A DNA stretch of 62,516 bases, filler included, from Globobulimina sp. (GCA_003354225.1; 27 parts of 27 records of this genome joined end to end with filler, not necessarily neighbours in it), one strand, 5' to 3'; positions 24,234 through 37,015 are shown, numbered from the whole stretch's first letter. The notes: generated by a model from the letters alone, not told the origin. Translations and numbers: made by a program.

Positions 24234-25055
24234 ATGACAACTGCGTTGAACATCATTGATGATTTGCTAAATGGAATGGATTCTGATGAAAAACAAGTTG
24301 ATAAAAAAGCATTTGTACTGGGCGGCTGGAAATGTAATGGAACAAAAGAATCAGTGTTAACATTACTGGAGGGATATTCGAAAATTAATACAGATGGAAT
24401 GGATGTTGTTTTTTGTCCGTCTTTTGTTCATTTAGCAATGTCACAGAATTACAATATGACTAATATGGAGATTGGTGCACAAAATTGTTCAGAGACACCA
24501 TGTGGTGCCTATACTGGCGAAATCGCAGCGGAACAATTGGCAGACTTTGGAGTTAAATATGTTATGTTGGGGCATTCTGAGAGACGAAGTTATTACAACG
24601 AAACAAATGAAATAATTAGCAATAAAATAAAAATTGCAACAGACAATGGATTGACAGCTGTGGTGTGTTTCGGTGAAAGCCTCGAAGATCGAAAAGCTAA
24701 TAATATTGAAAAAATATGTAGCAATCAATTAAAATATATTTTTGCAGCTATCTCAAATAATTATGATAAACTGATATTATTATATGAACCAAAGTGGGCA
24801 ATTGGGACTGGAATTGTTTGTGAGCCAAATATGGCACAAGATACACATAAATTAATCAGAAATTGGATCAAAAATACTATTTCTTATAATGTATCGAAAA
24901 GTATTCGTATTGTGTATGGTGGCTCAGTCAAGCCACACAATGTCGAAAATATAATAAAACAACCAGATATTGATGGTGTTGGTGTTGGCGGTGCTTCCTT
25001 AAATGTAAACTCATTCGCTCAAATTATTAAAAATGTACAAACTGTTTATAATTAA
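24234..25055 (+). CDS. TPI1: Triosephosphate isomerase-family protein (divergent)
   Basis: WKCNG, GAYTGE, LGHSERR, YEPKWAIGTG, YGGSV, VGGASL. Confidence 0.93.
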   Translation: MTTALNIIDDLLNGMDSDEKQVDKKAFVLGGWKCNGTKESVLTLLEGYSKINTDGMDVVFCPSFVHLAMSQNYNMTNMEIGAQNCSETPCGAYTGEIAAEQLADFGVKYVMLGHSERRSYYNETNEIISNKIKIATDNGLTAVVCFGESLEDRKANNIEKICSNQLKYIFAAISNNYDKLILLYEPKWAIGTGIVCEPNMAQDTHKLIRNWIKNTISYNVSKSIRIVYGGSVKPHNVENIIKQPDIDGVGVGGASLNVNSFAQIIKNVQTVYN

Positions 25056-25943
25056 TTAAACGAAATATATACAACTTCTCTCTATTCAGTTGTTCTACTC
25101 TAACTATTCAATTATCGGACTGTTTTCATTTGACCCTATATTGTTTCTATCTGACAGTGCAGCCTTGCATATGACAGTATTTTCTGACTGTTTTCTGTTT
25201 TCTAGTACAATATTAGAAAAACGAAACTGTGGTCAGAAAATCATTTCTAAGTGAGAAAAATAATCAGAAAAGTAAGAAAATCCTTTTTCAAACCAGAATT
25301 TGAAAACGCTGCAGCATTGCATATGACAGTATATTGTTTCTATTTTTCCATATTGTGGTTGCAAATTAATGGTATTTACAGCACAATTGGTACAAAGACA
25401 GACGCTCTACTTTAAGGTTTNNNNNNNNNNNNNNNNNNNNNNNNNNNNNNNNNNNNNNNNNNNNTTAATTAATTAANNNNNNNNNNNNNNNNNNNNNNNN
25501 NNNNNNNNNNNNNNNNNNNNTTGTATAATAGAAATAGAATACAATACAATAGTTTTATCCATTCCTTGGAGTGGATATCAGTGTTTGGTCACACACCAAT
25601 AAGTTGCAAAGTGATTACACATTCAAGCAATAATCAATATGTCCTTTCTTATCAAATCTACTGTGCACATATCTTCTTTTTTTATATATTTATTTTTCAC
25701 AATGTATTCTCCAAAATATTCTGCATATAAGGGATATAGGTACCTCCAATAATAATTCAGATAATACTTTGATATTAAAGTATAGTTACTATAGTAAAAT
25801 AATAAACTCAAAAAAAACTGCAAAAAAACATGAACACAGTTCCGACCATGAAAACCTGGTTTGGTATGCAAACAAAAAAGTGTATTTATTTCACCACCGA
25901 ATCGGTCTAAACAAAACAAAAACACCCAGATCGTCGTTATTGC

Positions 25944-27739
25944 GTGATTTGTAACCACCCACCAACGAGTCTCGCAAACCCCAACATTCCAGACTCAATC
26001 ATACCGCAACTATTCGAAGACTCATCGCCATCCATACCCTCCGCCACACCACCAGCCGGTGTCACAAACACTGCCACAACCAACAACCCAGACGCTGCCA
26101 TCACAATCAACTTCAACAACAAACCACTCACATTATCCTTGCCCTCTCTCCCCAACATAGCCGGCACCGGACCCACTTTCAAATGCAAACAATGCTTTGC
26201 CAGGGTTCATTTAAATTGTTTAAGCCAAGCGCACAACCACAAGCACGCGGACATAAAGCACATCATTTGTCCAGTCTGCAATGGCAATGCCGCCATCCCC
26301 ATCCAATCCAATTACACCAATTTAGAAGAATCCATCGAAGAAGAAAAGAAGTTGTTGCGTGACTTGCTTCCCTCCGAATGTTTAGTATGCGGAGATGTCG
26401 GTAACTTAATATGTTGTGATTTATGCTTCAATGACAATGCCACTGCGCCTGCAAATAACACCCTATTCGTCACCGGCAACATAGCCAAATTAGATGGAGC
26501 CGCACAGTTTCATTTGCAATGTGTAAACATGCACTTTAATGATAACACGCCGGTGCCAGACCCTTTTATCTGCCCCATTTGCAGTCGCGACTATGGTTCG
26601 AATCGATTGCAATCACTGCATTTCTTCCAACGCAAACGAAGGAGGGAACGCGAGTACAGGATGCAAGAAAAAGCGTTAGCTGCACAGGAATATATCCGCA
26701 AGATTGGTTTTCGTGTGGATGAGATTAAAAAATGTGTGTTTTGTCGGGTCAACAGCGATGATACCGCCAACGGCGTGTTCTTTGATGCGGAGAATGAATT
26801 TATTGGCCCCTTCTATGATGAACTGCGCAAATTTAAATATTACGCACATTATCAATGTGTAATGTGGTCGCCGCAGGTATTTATGAATGAGGAAAATGGC
26901 GAGTTTGTCAATGTAGAGCGAGAGATCAAACGCAGCAAAATGTTGACCTGCACAGTGTGTGGCAAACACGGCGCTGTGTTGGGTTGTTATGAACGTGGTT
27001 GTTGCTCTACGTATCATTATCACTGCGCTGTCAACGATGAGCATTGTTATGTGGATAACGAATTGTTTGCCATTTATTGTCCATCGCATTATTTTGTGCA
27101 TTTCTTGTCGGAATCTATAAAGAATAGTCGCGCAACGATACAGCATCAGAATATAAAGGGGATTAACAAAGGCATATTTGAGAAATGTCGATTTGATCAA
27201 AGCATTATACGCAAACGAAAAATTGCAAGATCGTGCAAGAAAAATGATGTTGTTAATCGATATAAATCCACTGTGGATGTGTGGAGACAGCTTATTATGA
27301 AACAGCAACATACACCGTCACATTCGCCGAGTCATACTAAGGAGTCATCCATCGCATCTTCCATAAATATGGCAAACACGACTTATTTGACGAGGCATAG
27401 ACAGAAACAAATTGAATTGTATCAACATAAGAAATTGGAAAAAAAAAAGAAACGCTATACCAAGTCGTTGATGTCGATTGGCGGAAGGAAAAGATCGCGC
27501 AGCTGTTTGAATGGTAATTTGTGTGTGTTTGGTATGTGCAATGTATGCAATTTTGTTTGGCTTTGCAAGCTGACATTGTTGTTCTCTGGAAAATGACTTG
27601 ACGTTTTCCAGTGAACTTTATCTCTGCCTAACAATGGCCTGACCAGACCTAGGCCTTGACACACTTTTGTTTTTTGCAGGTGATGAAGAGGAACAATTAT
27701 CGCCGCATGAAAGGAAACGACGGCGTGTATTTAATTTAC
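25944..27739 (+). CDS. Chromatin protein with PHD fingers and extended PHD (zf-HC5HC2H), partial
   Basis: CLVCGDVGNLICCDLC...FHLQC...FICPIC; CVFC...AHYQCVMWSPQV...CTVCGKHGAVLGC...YHYHCA...YCPSH. Confidence 0.88.
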
Positions 27740-28667
27740 NNNNNNNNNNNNNNNNNNNNNNNNNNNNNNNNNNNNNNNNNNNNTTAATTAATTAANNNNN
27801 NNNNNNNNNNNNNNNNNNNNNNNNNNNNNNNNNNNNNNNTGGAGAATGAATTGGAAGATGTTTGGAGAGAAATAGAATCCGAACAGAATCAGAATGATAT
27901 GTACACAGAGGATGAAAATAATAATAATAATGAGGTGCGAAACGAAATGGAGCGATCACGGAATGCGAATAATAATTATTATCAACAAAGCCATCATGAG
28001 AATGATTATTATAATGTTAATCTTTATTATCGGCAGAGGTCGAGAGAATATTTAATATCACGTGACATTATTTAAAATAATCTAAAATACTTTACTTGCT
28101 CACTAAACATCATCCTCACAAAACCAATAAGCATCATCCTTACAACTTATTAATTCAGCAAATCCATATAATAAATTAATAATTCAGTTAAATAAATAAA
28201 ATAAGAAAACAACACATTTTACCCAATTCCATTTATATTCCATTTATATTTCATTTAGAGAGTGATCCATGGATTTCGGCGAAGCTTATCGAAATATAAA
28301 TGAATCAAATCGCAAATGCGACGTCAATATAAACTCTCGGAGCAATAACAATAATAATAATCATAGCAAAAATAACGATAACCGGTCGCGATCGTATACA
28401 AATTGCAATCCATATCGAATTTTAAACCGAGCTCATCCACTGTCTGTAGAACCTTCTATCGAGGCATTGCCTGTCCGATGCGTTTTCGCCCAACAGCGTA
28501 ATCGGGGAAAACCGCAGATTGCCGCATATAAACCGTTTAGTTTTATTTGTTTCGTTCCACTAAATACATATTAAATATATTTTAATTACAGGCCAAAAAT
28601 TGATGAAAATATATATAATGCATTTTTTCGAATTCGATTTTCGAAACGCAACAAAGAGTATGTCACT

Positions 28668-29093
28668 ATGTCTCTTCTTTTTATAATATTATCCTTGCAC
28701 TCAAAACACCACTCATACTCATACTCATACAGTGCCATATCGATGAGAACTAATAATATTATAAACAATGGTGATCAATTGCAAGTGGAGAGATGGCGGC
28801 ATCCGACGGCATATTTAAGCTTTTCCGCGCGGCACATTGTTATTAAAAACGCCGACGTATGGATCGGGTGTATTTCCCCAGATATTGCAAACAAAAGAAA
28901 CTATTTATTGCGTGTCGTCACGGATGCTTCGCCCTGTCTAACCACCGGAAATTATACCGATACGCAGGACACCGGCAAAGAGACGCAATTGACGGTCACA
29001 TTTAGACTGGATGTGGTAACAACGCATTATGTTAAAGAGGTCATCAAGAATTTAACACAAATTGCCAAAGAATTTGCATTGCGGAGTGATTAA
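28668..29093 (+). CDS. Hypothetical protein or exon
   Basis: Protein-like composition in 28744-29093; no family recognised. Confidence 0.35.
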   Translation: MSLLFIILSLHSKHHSYSYSYSAISMRTNNIINNGDQLQVERWRHPTAYLSFSARHIVIKNADVWIGCISPDIANKRNYLLRVVTDASPCLTTGNYTDTQDTGKETQLTVTFRLDVVTTHYVKEVIKNLTQIAKEFALRSD

Positions 29094-29467
29094 AAATCTG
29101 TGCCATGAAAGTGTTAATTGGGGATGTTTACGGATACTCGATTTGTTAATTATAATAATGTCATTTTGTTGTTTATGTGTATGATGTCATTTTTGTGTAC
29201 AATGGCGTTGTGTTAATGTGTATGTTTGTGAGAATAATATTTCTTTCTTGTCTTGCATTGGATCCATTGTTTAATTCCATGGATCCAATGATGACGATAA
29301 TACTATTTTTTCTTGTTCTTTTTTTTTTCCTTTCTTCTCTTTTTTTTTGTTATTTTTCGTGTAATTATTTTCAATTTACAGTTATATGCATATCGTTCTT
29401 CTTTCTTTTATAAATTATAAAAAAAACTGCCACACTAAAAACTTTGCTTGCTCGACACGTTGCGTTG

Positions 29468-30058
29468 ATGGCGACGCTTTCAAGCGATGTTGTTGCAGAC
29501 CGCGTGTTTTATTGTCCACAACGAAGCTCTGTTGACACAAACAAACAAATGAAAAGACACGAAATCTACAAAGGAAACTTGTTTCTAAAGAATCGAGTTA
29601 AAAAAAAATGGAAAGAAAGATTTGTTGTGTTATACAATGATCGAACATTATCATATTGGGCCAATGAATCTGATTTTGAACACAACAAACCAGCCAAATC
29701 ATGTATCGATTTATCATTAACACAAAATATAGAAACTGTCGACAAAAACCATGGCAATAATGATAGAAATCTGGTTAAATCGCCATCAGATTCATTGTCA
29801 AGAAAAGGCTCAATGGATTTTAGCCGAATATTCAGTCACAAAACCAAACGAAATAAGAATAATATGGAAGATAATGATCACAGTCACAGCCATACGGAGT
29901 GCACAGTGACAGACGATGATGATATCGATGTCAATGAAAACAGATTCATATTCAAAATAATCCAAACCCAAAAAAGCTATACGTACACATTTTGCATATT
30001 TAATAATCATAAATTATTCGCTCAATGGATAAAAAAGTTTGAATTTGCCATATTTGGC
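29468..30058 (+). CDS. PH-domain protein (3' truncated)
   Basis: YKGNLFLKNRVKKKWKERFVVL...LSYW...IDL...YTF...QWIKKF. Confidence 0.8.
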
Positions 30059-30249
30059 NNNNNNNNNNNNNNNNNNNNNNNNNNNNNNNNNNNNNNNNNN
30101 NNTTAATTAATTAANNNNNNNNNNNNNNNNNNNNNNNNNNNNNNNNNNNNNNNNNNNNTTTCGTAAATAAATTAAATATTATATATTTTATATATTTTCT
30201 CTTCCTAGTTAATAATACGCGCAGTGTTTTATTCTTTGTTTCATTTTAC

Positions 30250-30795
30250 ATGGAGCACAAAAAAAAACTTTTACGGACATTTTACATGGTTTGGTGCTTG
30301 AACTCCTTATCGATTGGAAGCATTGTTTTTGTTATATTGATAACATTAATAAGTGTTTATTTATTTGTGGAAATTTCAGCAAGTGGTTTTAACCAAAATA
30401 AAGATCCGCATAAAATAATCCAATCCGAGATGGCAGCTCCAGCATTGAAATATATTCATTTGCGATTTGAGGTGACAGGCAAAGTGCAACAAGTATTTTT
30501 TAGGAAGTGTACCTATGATCAGGCACAAAAATTAAAATTGGTTGGATGGGTACAAAATAGCAATCGGAAAACTGTCATTGGAGAAGCACAAGGAACAAAG
30601 GAGCAAATTGAAGAAATGAAACATTGGCTACAAGTGGATGCGTCACAAATTGCACGCGGATATGGTTCTAAAATTCAAGTAAAAGAAACCAAGTTTGATG
30701 AGACAAATATCGACAAATGCGTGTTTGAGCAATTTGTTGTCCAAAGAAAATACAAATACAAAGATTTCACCTTATTTGGAAACTATGGAAAGTGA
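30250..30795 (+). CDS. Acylphosphatase, possibly with N-terminal membrane anchor
   Basis: FEVTGKVQQVFFRK and LVGWVQN; start could be 30250, 30286 or 30430. Confidence 0.85.
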   Translation: MEHKKKLLRTFYMVWCLNSLSIGSIVFVILITLISVYLFVEISASGFNQNKDPHKIIQSEMAAPALKYIHLRFEVTGKVQQVFFRKCTYDQAQKLKLVGWVQNSNRKTVIGEAQGTKEQIEEMKHWLQVDASQIARGYGSKIQVKETKFDETNIDKCVFEQFVVQRKYKYKDFTLFGNYGK

Positions 30796-31035
30796 CCTGT
30801 TCAGTTTGTGTTCGGAAATATGTTGATTATGAGGTAGTAGTCAGTAGTGTGCAGTGCAAGGTGCAATGATTTTGTTCAGTTTTTTTAACAAACGAACATT
30901 TCTCACCATGGCAGCTGCTTAATTTTTATACACGGAGATTAAAATCAACTCATAATTACGCAAATTCGAAATAATTTATCGCAAATTCTCGGACAATTGA
31001 AGTTATACTTGTCTTATAACTTATAATTACCCAAA

Positions 31036-32008
31036 ATGATTGATTTATTGGATGAAATCAAATCGGATGCAGGTGCTTCAGGATTATCACATGGGACATC
31101 TGCTAATTCAGTCATTTCAAATCGAATGTCATCCGATACAGTCATCACAGTCAATCATTCTCAATCAATACTTGAACCAATACACGATTCTATTTCGAGA
31201 ATTAATATCGCATGTAATCGGATCGAAAAACTATACGGCATCAAACGAACTGGATTGCCGTCAGAACAAAAACGTTTAGTATAATTTTTTCCGACGTTTT
31301 TGATAAAATTATGAAAAATTATGTTGTTTTCAATATAACACAGTTGCGTTAAAACAGGTCGATCAAATTGTTTTGCAGACCACACCGTTGATTCGTGCGA
31401 CAAAGACATTGTTGGAAAACGCGAAAGCCGCTCACCAGCAAAACAAAAAAAAGATCAAAAAAACAGATGTGTTAATGTTCGAAAACATGTTCAATTTATG
31501 TGCACGCAATTATCAATCTGCATTGTTGAGATACCAAGAATCCAGCAACAAATTTAGGAATGCCGTTCGTGAGGACTTTACAAGACAAGCAAGGATCGTG
31601 GATCCGGAGATATCACCGCAGCAAATCCAAAAGATGCTGCAGTCCAAAGATCCTTCACAATACTTACAGACGCATATTATGGCCATCTCGCCGCAATTAT
31701 TGGATGAAGTGGCTGAGTTGGAAGAGGAGCATGAAAGAGTCAGGAATTTGGAAAACACCATTGCTGAAATACAGGAATTGTTTAATGCGTGCAGTGTATT
31801 GGTGGTGCAAGCAGGAGAGCAGTTGGATCGCATTGAGACGAATGTAGAGCACACAATGACTGCGGCAGAGAAAGGCAAGCAACAAATACAAACCGCTGAA
31901 AGATATGTTGTGCAAACTAGAAAAACTAAACTTAAAACAGCTGCGTGCTGTTTAGTTGCTGTAGCTTTTGTTATTCTCATTATTGTAATTCTTCGGTTTC
32001 TGCGATGA
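31036..32008 (+). CDS. Qa-SNARE syntaxin (plasma-membrane type)
   Basis: Intron 31274-31343 joins the ORFs; LENTIAEIQELF...VVQAGEQLDRIETNV; C-terminal TM helix. Confidence 0.92.
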
Positions 32009-32477
32009 CGTTGATGTGTTTGATTGTTGTTTTGTTTGTTGATAATTTGTACATGAATTTCTGGTTTTTAATTCTTCGAAATAGTACTAAGAAAACTGCA
32101 AAACTCTAAGAAATCAATTCTTCTGTGAAAACCTTTCAAGAGTAAGTATAATTTATTCTCTATGGGTCGATAATAGCGAGTTACTCGCTAGAAGACTGTC
32201 TTTTTTAGTCGTTGATTTTGACGTCGTTGCATCAACACCTGTGTTGTCATTGCAAGAAAAAATAAATCTCAATTTGAGTGTAATTAAATTATACTTACTC
32301 TTGAAAGGTTTTCACAAAAAAAAAAAAAAATCAATTCTTCAAAATGCTGATCGATTATGTGCACAGATACACACACANNNNNNNNNNNNNNNNNNNNNNN
32401 NNNNNNNNNNNNNNNNNNNNNTTAATTAATTAANNNNNNNNNNNNNNNNNNNNNNNNNNNNNNNNNNNNNNNNNNNN

Positions 32478-33414
32478 TATAATTTGCTGATCTTTTTATT
32501 ATGTTATTTTTATGTTTTTTTAGATGTTTTATTTTGGATTCTAAATGTTTTCGTGTTATGATATTTTGTTCGCGAATTTCATCCGCCAGATCTGACTCAT
32601 ATTCATCGTCCATTAATAGTAATTGATTTTGTTTATTTATTAATCTTTTGTCATATTTGTCAATTGCTTGTTTTGTGGCAGCGTCTTCCTGTAACAATAA
32701 TTTATTTGCTACCTTATATTCATTTAATCGAAATGCAGATACTTTGCGTATTTTTAATACTTTTTTAACAAAAGCTGGGCCAAATAATTCCTCTGCAATT
32801 TGTTTGATCAATAATATTGCAGCTCTGTTGTTCGTTGATTGTGCGGATTGTAATTGTTTTTTTATTAATAATGCAATTTTGTCTCTGTTATTTGCATTGT
32901 TTGTAAGCAATTTATAATTATAATTTACCATAAAATTAATCAAATTAAACCAGTGAGCGGTTGGATTATTATCAGGAAAGTTTTGTAATGTGAGATATTC
33001 GACAAATTGGACTGGTTTGAATGCAGTAAAAACAGGAAACGTTATAGCAATCACCGGCAAATGTTTTAATATTAATCGTTTTAAAGTGAATACATCATTA
33101 ATATTGGCACGTAATAATGATACAAATTCTTGAACAACAATCACATTTTTTAATGTAGCTGAATGCAAACGATCTAATACACCTAATTTTGCTTCGATAT
33201 TATTTGCGCGAATGGCATTCGGCAACTTGTTACATAATGTATTATATATTTCATTCCATTGTGTTGATGTACCGCTAACCCATAATAAGTCGGATGGTGT
33301 GCAAGGTTTGTGTTTGCGATCTGAATTCTTATTAACAATATGCAAATCATTATATTCTATCGATGTGGTGCCACATTTAATATTATCTTCCATTTGTGGT
33401 GACACTTTTGTCAA
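32478..33414 (-). CDS. Intronless orphan protein (3' truncated)
   Basis: More than 310 codons open; no family recognised. Confidence 0.6.
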
Positions 33415-33495
33415 TTACGTCAAATGTGACGAAAGTTATGTACTTAGAAATGTGTGTGTTTAAATAAAAAACTTTACAGTCTTTAAAGTTTTATC

Positions 33496-34696
33496 ATGGC
33501 AGCTTATAATCTGTACAATGGATTGCTCCCTTTATTCAAGCAAACTTGTTCAAAGAATCGTGAATTTATGGAATCGACAATTAGGCAATCTAGGCTCTCA
33601 GAAGATGACTCATTAATATTTCGGCAATTAATAAAAACAGATGGATGTTATACAGCAATTAACTCAAAAACAAGCATTGAATTACAAAGAAAGCATGAAA
33701 ATATATCGAAACAAATACAATCAAAACAAGATCAAACTCATCAAAGCGAATCAAAACAAGAAGAGAAAGATATAGAATTGAAAGAGGATGATATTGAATT
33801 AATTCATACATCAAAACGGAAAAAAATGCATTGGAAATTGCGAAATCTATCATGTATACAAAATAAAAGTGATTTATTATTAGCAACTTCAAGGCGAAAA
33901 ATTGTCAATATGCTCAACGATAATTTGGATTTGGATGGAATTGCAATTGAAAGACTACAAAATATTGTTTCGCAAATGGGAAACATTGATAATTTAATTA
34001 AGAAACTATCAAATGATTCGGATTTATTATTCATTAAAACATTAAAAGAGTTAAATATTACGGATAAAATTGAAACGCATATCGGAACTGTTGAGATTAC
34101 GAATATTATCGATCATTTATGTTATTATTTTATTAAATGGGATGAAAAATGTATTGAAACAAACAATAAATGTGATGGAATCAAAAAGGATATCAATAAT
34201 TCAATTATTTCATTAAAAATTGGATGTTTTGACGACGCGGATAAGACATTGAAGCCACTTTTAGCATCACAAGAATATGATATTCAATCAGGAAATATCA
34301 AGACTTACACACAAGGAACTGTGTTATATGACTATTTGAAGGATTGTAAGAAAAAAATAAATATAAAAAAGAAAGAAATGCAAGATTTAAATGAGATGGT
34401 TCAAGAAAAACGTGCAAATAAATTGTATCGGAAATATTTGGATAACAAAAGAAAAAATAAACGGACATTGATGGAAAAAGAAAGAAGCGAAAGACATAAA
34501 AGAAAATATAATAATGGCAACAATAAAAGAAAAAAGCAAAAGAAAAGAAAGCCAAAGAAAAAAAAAGAAAGTCAAAAGGATTTAGTATCATTTTGGAAGA
34601 AAAGAAAGCGACACGAAAATATTGATATTGTTATTGATGCCTCACCGCCAAAAAAGAAGAAACGAAAAATGTCTGCTATGACATTAACAGTGAATG
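33496..34696 (+). CDS. Intronless orphan protein with Lys-rich NLS-like tail (3' truncated)
   Basis: About 400 codons open; PPKKKKRK. Confidence 0.6.
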
Positions 34697-34796
34697 NNNN
34701 NNNNNNNNNNNNNNNNNNNNNNNNNNNNNNNNNNNNNNNNTTAATTAATTAANNNNNNNNNNNNNNNNNNNNNNNNNNNNNNNNNNNNNNNNNNNN

Positions 34797-35568
34797 TGAA
34801 ATTCAATACGAAGAGGATGGAGATATTAAAGAGTATAAACAACAAATTGTTTTATTGCAACAGTCATTGTTTAAAATGAAAGAGAATTCGTTGCAATTAA
34901 AACATTCAAAGCAAACTATCCAAAATGAATTAAAACAACTTCAAAATGCAAACACAAAAATGAATGAACAATTAAATGCATTACAAAAAGAATTACAGCA
35001 GAAAAGGTATTGTGTTGAGGATGAGAAAGATATGGAAATTATAAGTTCCTTAATTATGAGCCAAAAGGAAAAGACAAATTTTTTAGATTTGATGAGATCG
35101 GCAACCAATATTAGTAAATTTAAATTGCTTTATCGAGCAACGAGAGATGGATGGACACCGCCTATTTTTCATCAGAAATGCGATAAAAAAGGAAAAACAG
35201 TCTGTATCATACATAGTGACAATAATAATGTGTTTGGCGGATTTACATCGAAATCATGGACGAGTGATAGTGATAAATGGGTAAGAGATGCAAATGCTTT
35301 TTTGTTTTTGATACGATCATCTAAAAAATATCAACCGCAAATCTTTAAAATTACAAAAGCAAAATCTGCAGTACGTCATTATGAAACCACTAGTTCATAT
35401 ATGTTTCAATTTGGAGGAGGTAATGATATTCGCATATCTTCAAATTGTAATGCTAACAACTACTCATGGACAAATAAATCTTCTTATGACATTCCACAAG
35501 CACATTATTTAAATGGTGATCAACGTAATTTCAAAGTGCAAAATATTGAAGTTTTTCTGTGTGAATAA
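34797..35568 (+). CDS. Coiled-coil plus TLDc domain protein (5' truncated)
   Basis: KLLYRATRDGW...FHQKCD...NVFGGFT...FGGGND...IEVF. Confidence 0.92.
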
Positions 35569-35609
35569 TGTTTTTTGTTTTTTACTTTTTACAGTTTTTA
35601 GGTAAGAAT

Positions 35610-35760
35610 GACAACATTTTCACAAATGTTTTTCCAGAACATTTTCAAAAACGTTTTCAGGAACATCTACAGAAACGGTTTTAGAACATTTTCAGAACCG
35701 TTTTTAAAACATTTTCACAAACGTTTTCCAAGAACATTTTCAGAATTTTTTCAGAAACAC
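35610..35760. repeat. Degenerate short tandem repeat
   Basis: Recurring ACATTTTCA / AACGTTTTC / CAGAAC units. Confidence 0.6.
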
Positions 35761-36206
35761 TATTTTTTTTTCTATATTTTTTTTCTATAATAATGATACA
35801 AACACTATTATTTTGTTTTTGCGTCATATTTGCTGCATTATTGCCAAAAAAGCATCCAAATCCATCATTTCAACCAAAAATAACGTTTTTCTGCTGTAAA
35901 TGACACCAAATCAAAAAATTTCAAAATCTTCTGTTAATGAAACTGTTTGATATTGTTTGTATAGCTCAACAAAGGGCGCGTGTTAACACATTTTTGGGTA
36001 CACCAAGTTTTGTCTATCAAAAAAGCGATATCCAACTCCACTGAGTTTACATAAAAAATCAGTGACCAAACAGTAAATACACGAAGGAAAATAGGTGAAT
36101 CTGATTTTTACTTTTCCAACATTTCGTGCGCATGCACTGTCTGCTAATGCAAGTAGGGTCGTCGCGCAGTGTGCTTTATTAAAAAACAGGCAAAGTACAA
36201 ACAAAT

Positions 36207-37015
36207 CTAACATTTTTGTGAATCATTGATAATTGGATCAAGTTTAATTTTCCATTGATCTCCATTTGTTCTATCAAATAAATGTACACATTCCGCATAA
36301 TAATACAATCCGACAATCGTCAAAACATCATTTGGTGGATATTTGATATCAAACAATTTGAAACAATCCCTAATATAACAGGTTATGATTAAATCTGTTT
36401 TCCTGTCATCACTCATTAAACAGGCATAAAACATTTGTTTTGTTGGACATTTCATATTCGCGGTATATGCAATATCGTTTACTATATCCATTATATAAAT
36501 ATCATTAAGCAAGTCAGAATCAGGAGGATCATAAGTTCTCTTTCCACCAAATAATAACATATATCTCTCGTCCATTGTTAAAACACAACCAAATGACTCC
36601 AATGAGACAGGTAAATCATGTGCATTCCTCGCCCATTTGTACTCTTTCTTTAATATCATATATTCCTTAATGCTCATTGCTGTTAAACCATCATCCGCTC
36701 CACCACCAACTATCCAAAATTCATGATTATTCTTAAGATGAATTGTCGAAAAATCATATCTTTCATAATTATATAATAAAAATTACAGGTAAAGAATTAA
36801 AAGAAAGTACAGTACCTTTCTGAAAATGTTCGAGTCTGTGTCATTAGTTTGCTGTTAATATCATAGATGACCACACCGTTAATTGTGGCAATAACAAACA
36901 TATCATTAGTTATTACTGATTGATTAAATGTAAACTTATCACTTTCCTGAGAATTAATAGTTGACAATATGTCAGATGCTACTTTTACTTCTATTTTGTT
37001 CCATTTTTTTGTGAT
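36207..37015 (-). CDS. Kelch-repeat-like protein (5' truncated, spliced)
   Basis: FWIVGGG, YMLLFGG, NDIYIMDI, and the tail LIITCYIR...YPPNDV. Confidence 0.75.

Noticed and set aside
24127-24296. Amplification fold-back artefact as the explanation for the DAK/TPI inverted repeat
   Set aside because: The arms differ at many positions, with synonymous and conservative changes; a fold-back copy would be near-identical.
25138-25345. Direct repeat GCAGC(C/A)TTGCATATGACAGTAT downstream of TPI
   Set aside because: Only two short copies and no element structure.
32174-32190. Palindrome TAGCGAGT-T-ACTCGCTA
   Set aside because: Too short to separate from chance without a copy search.
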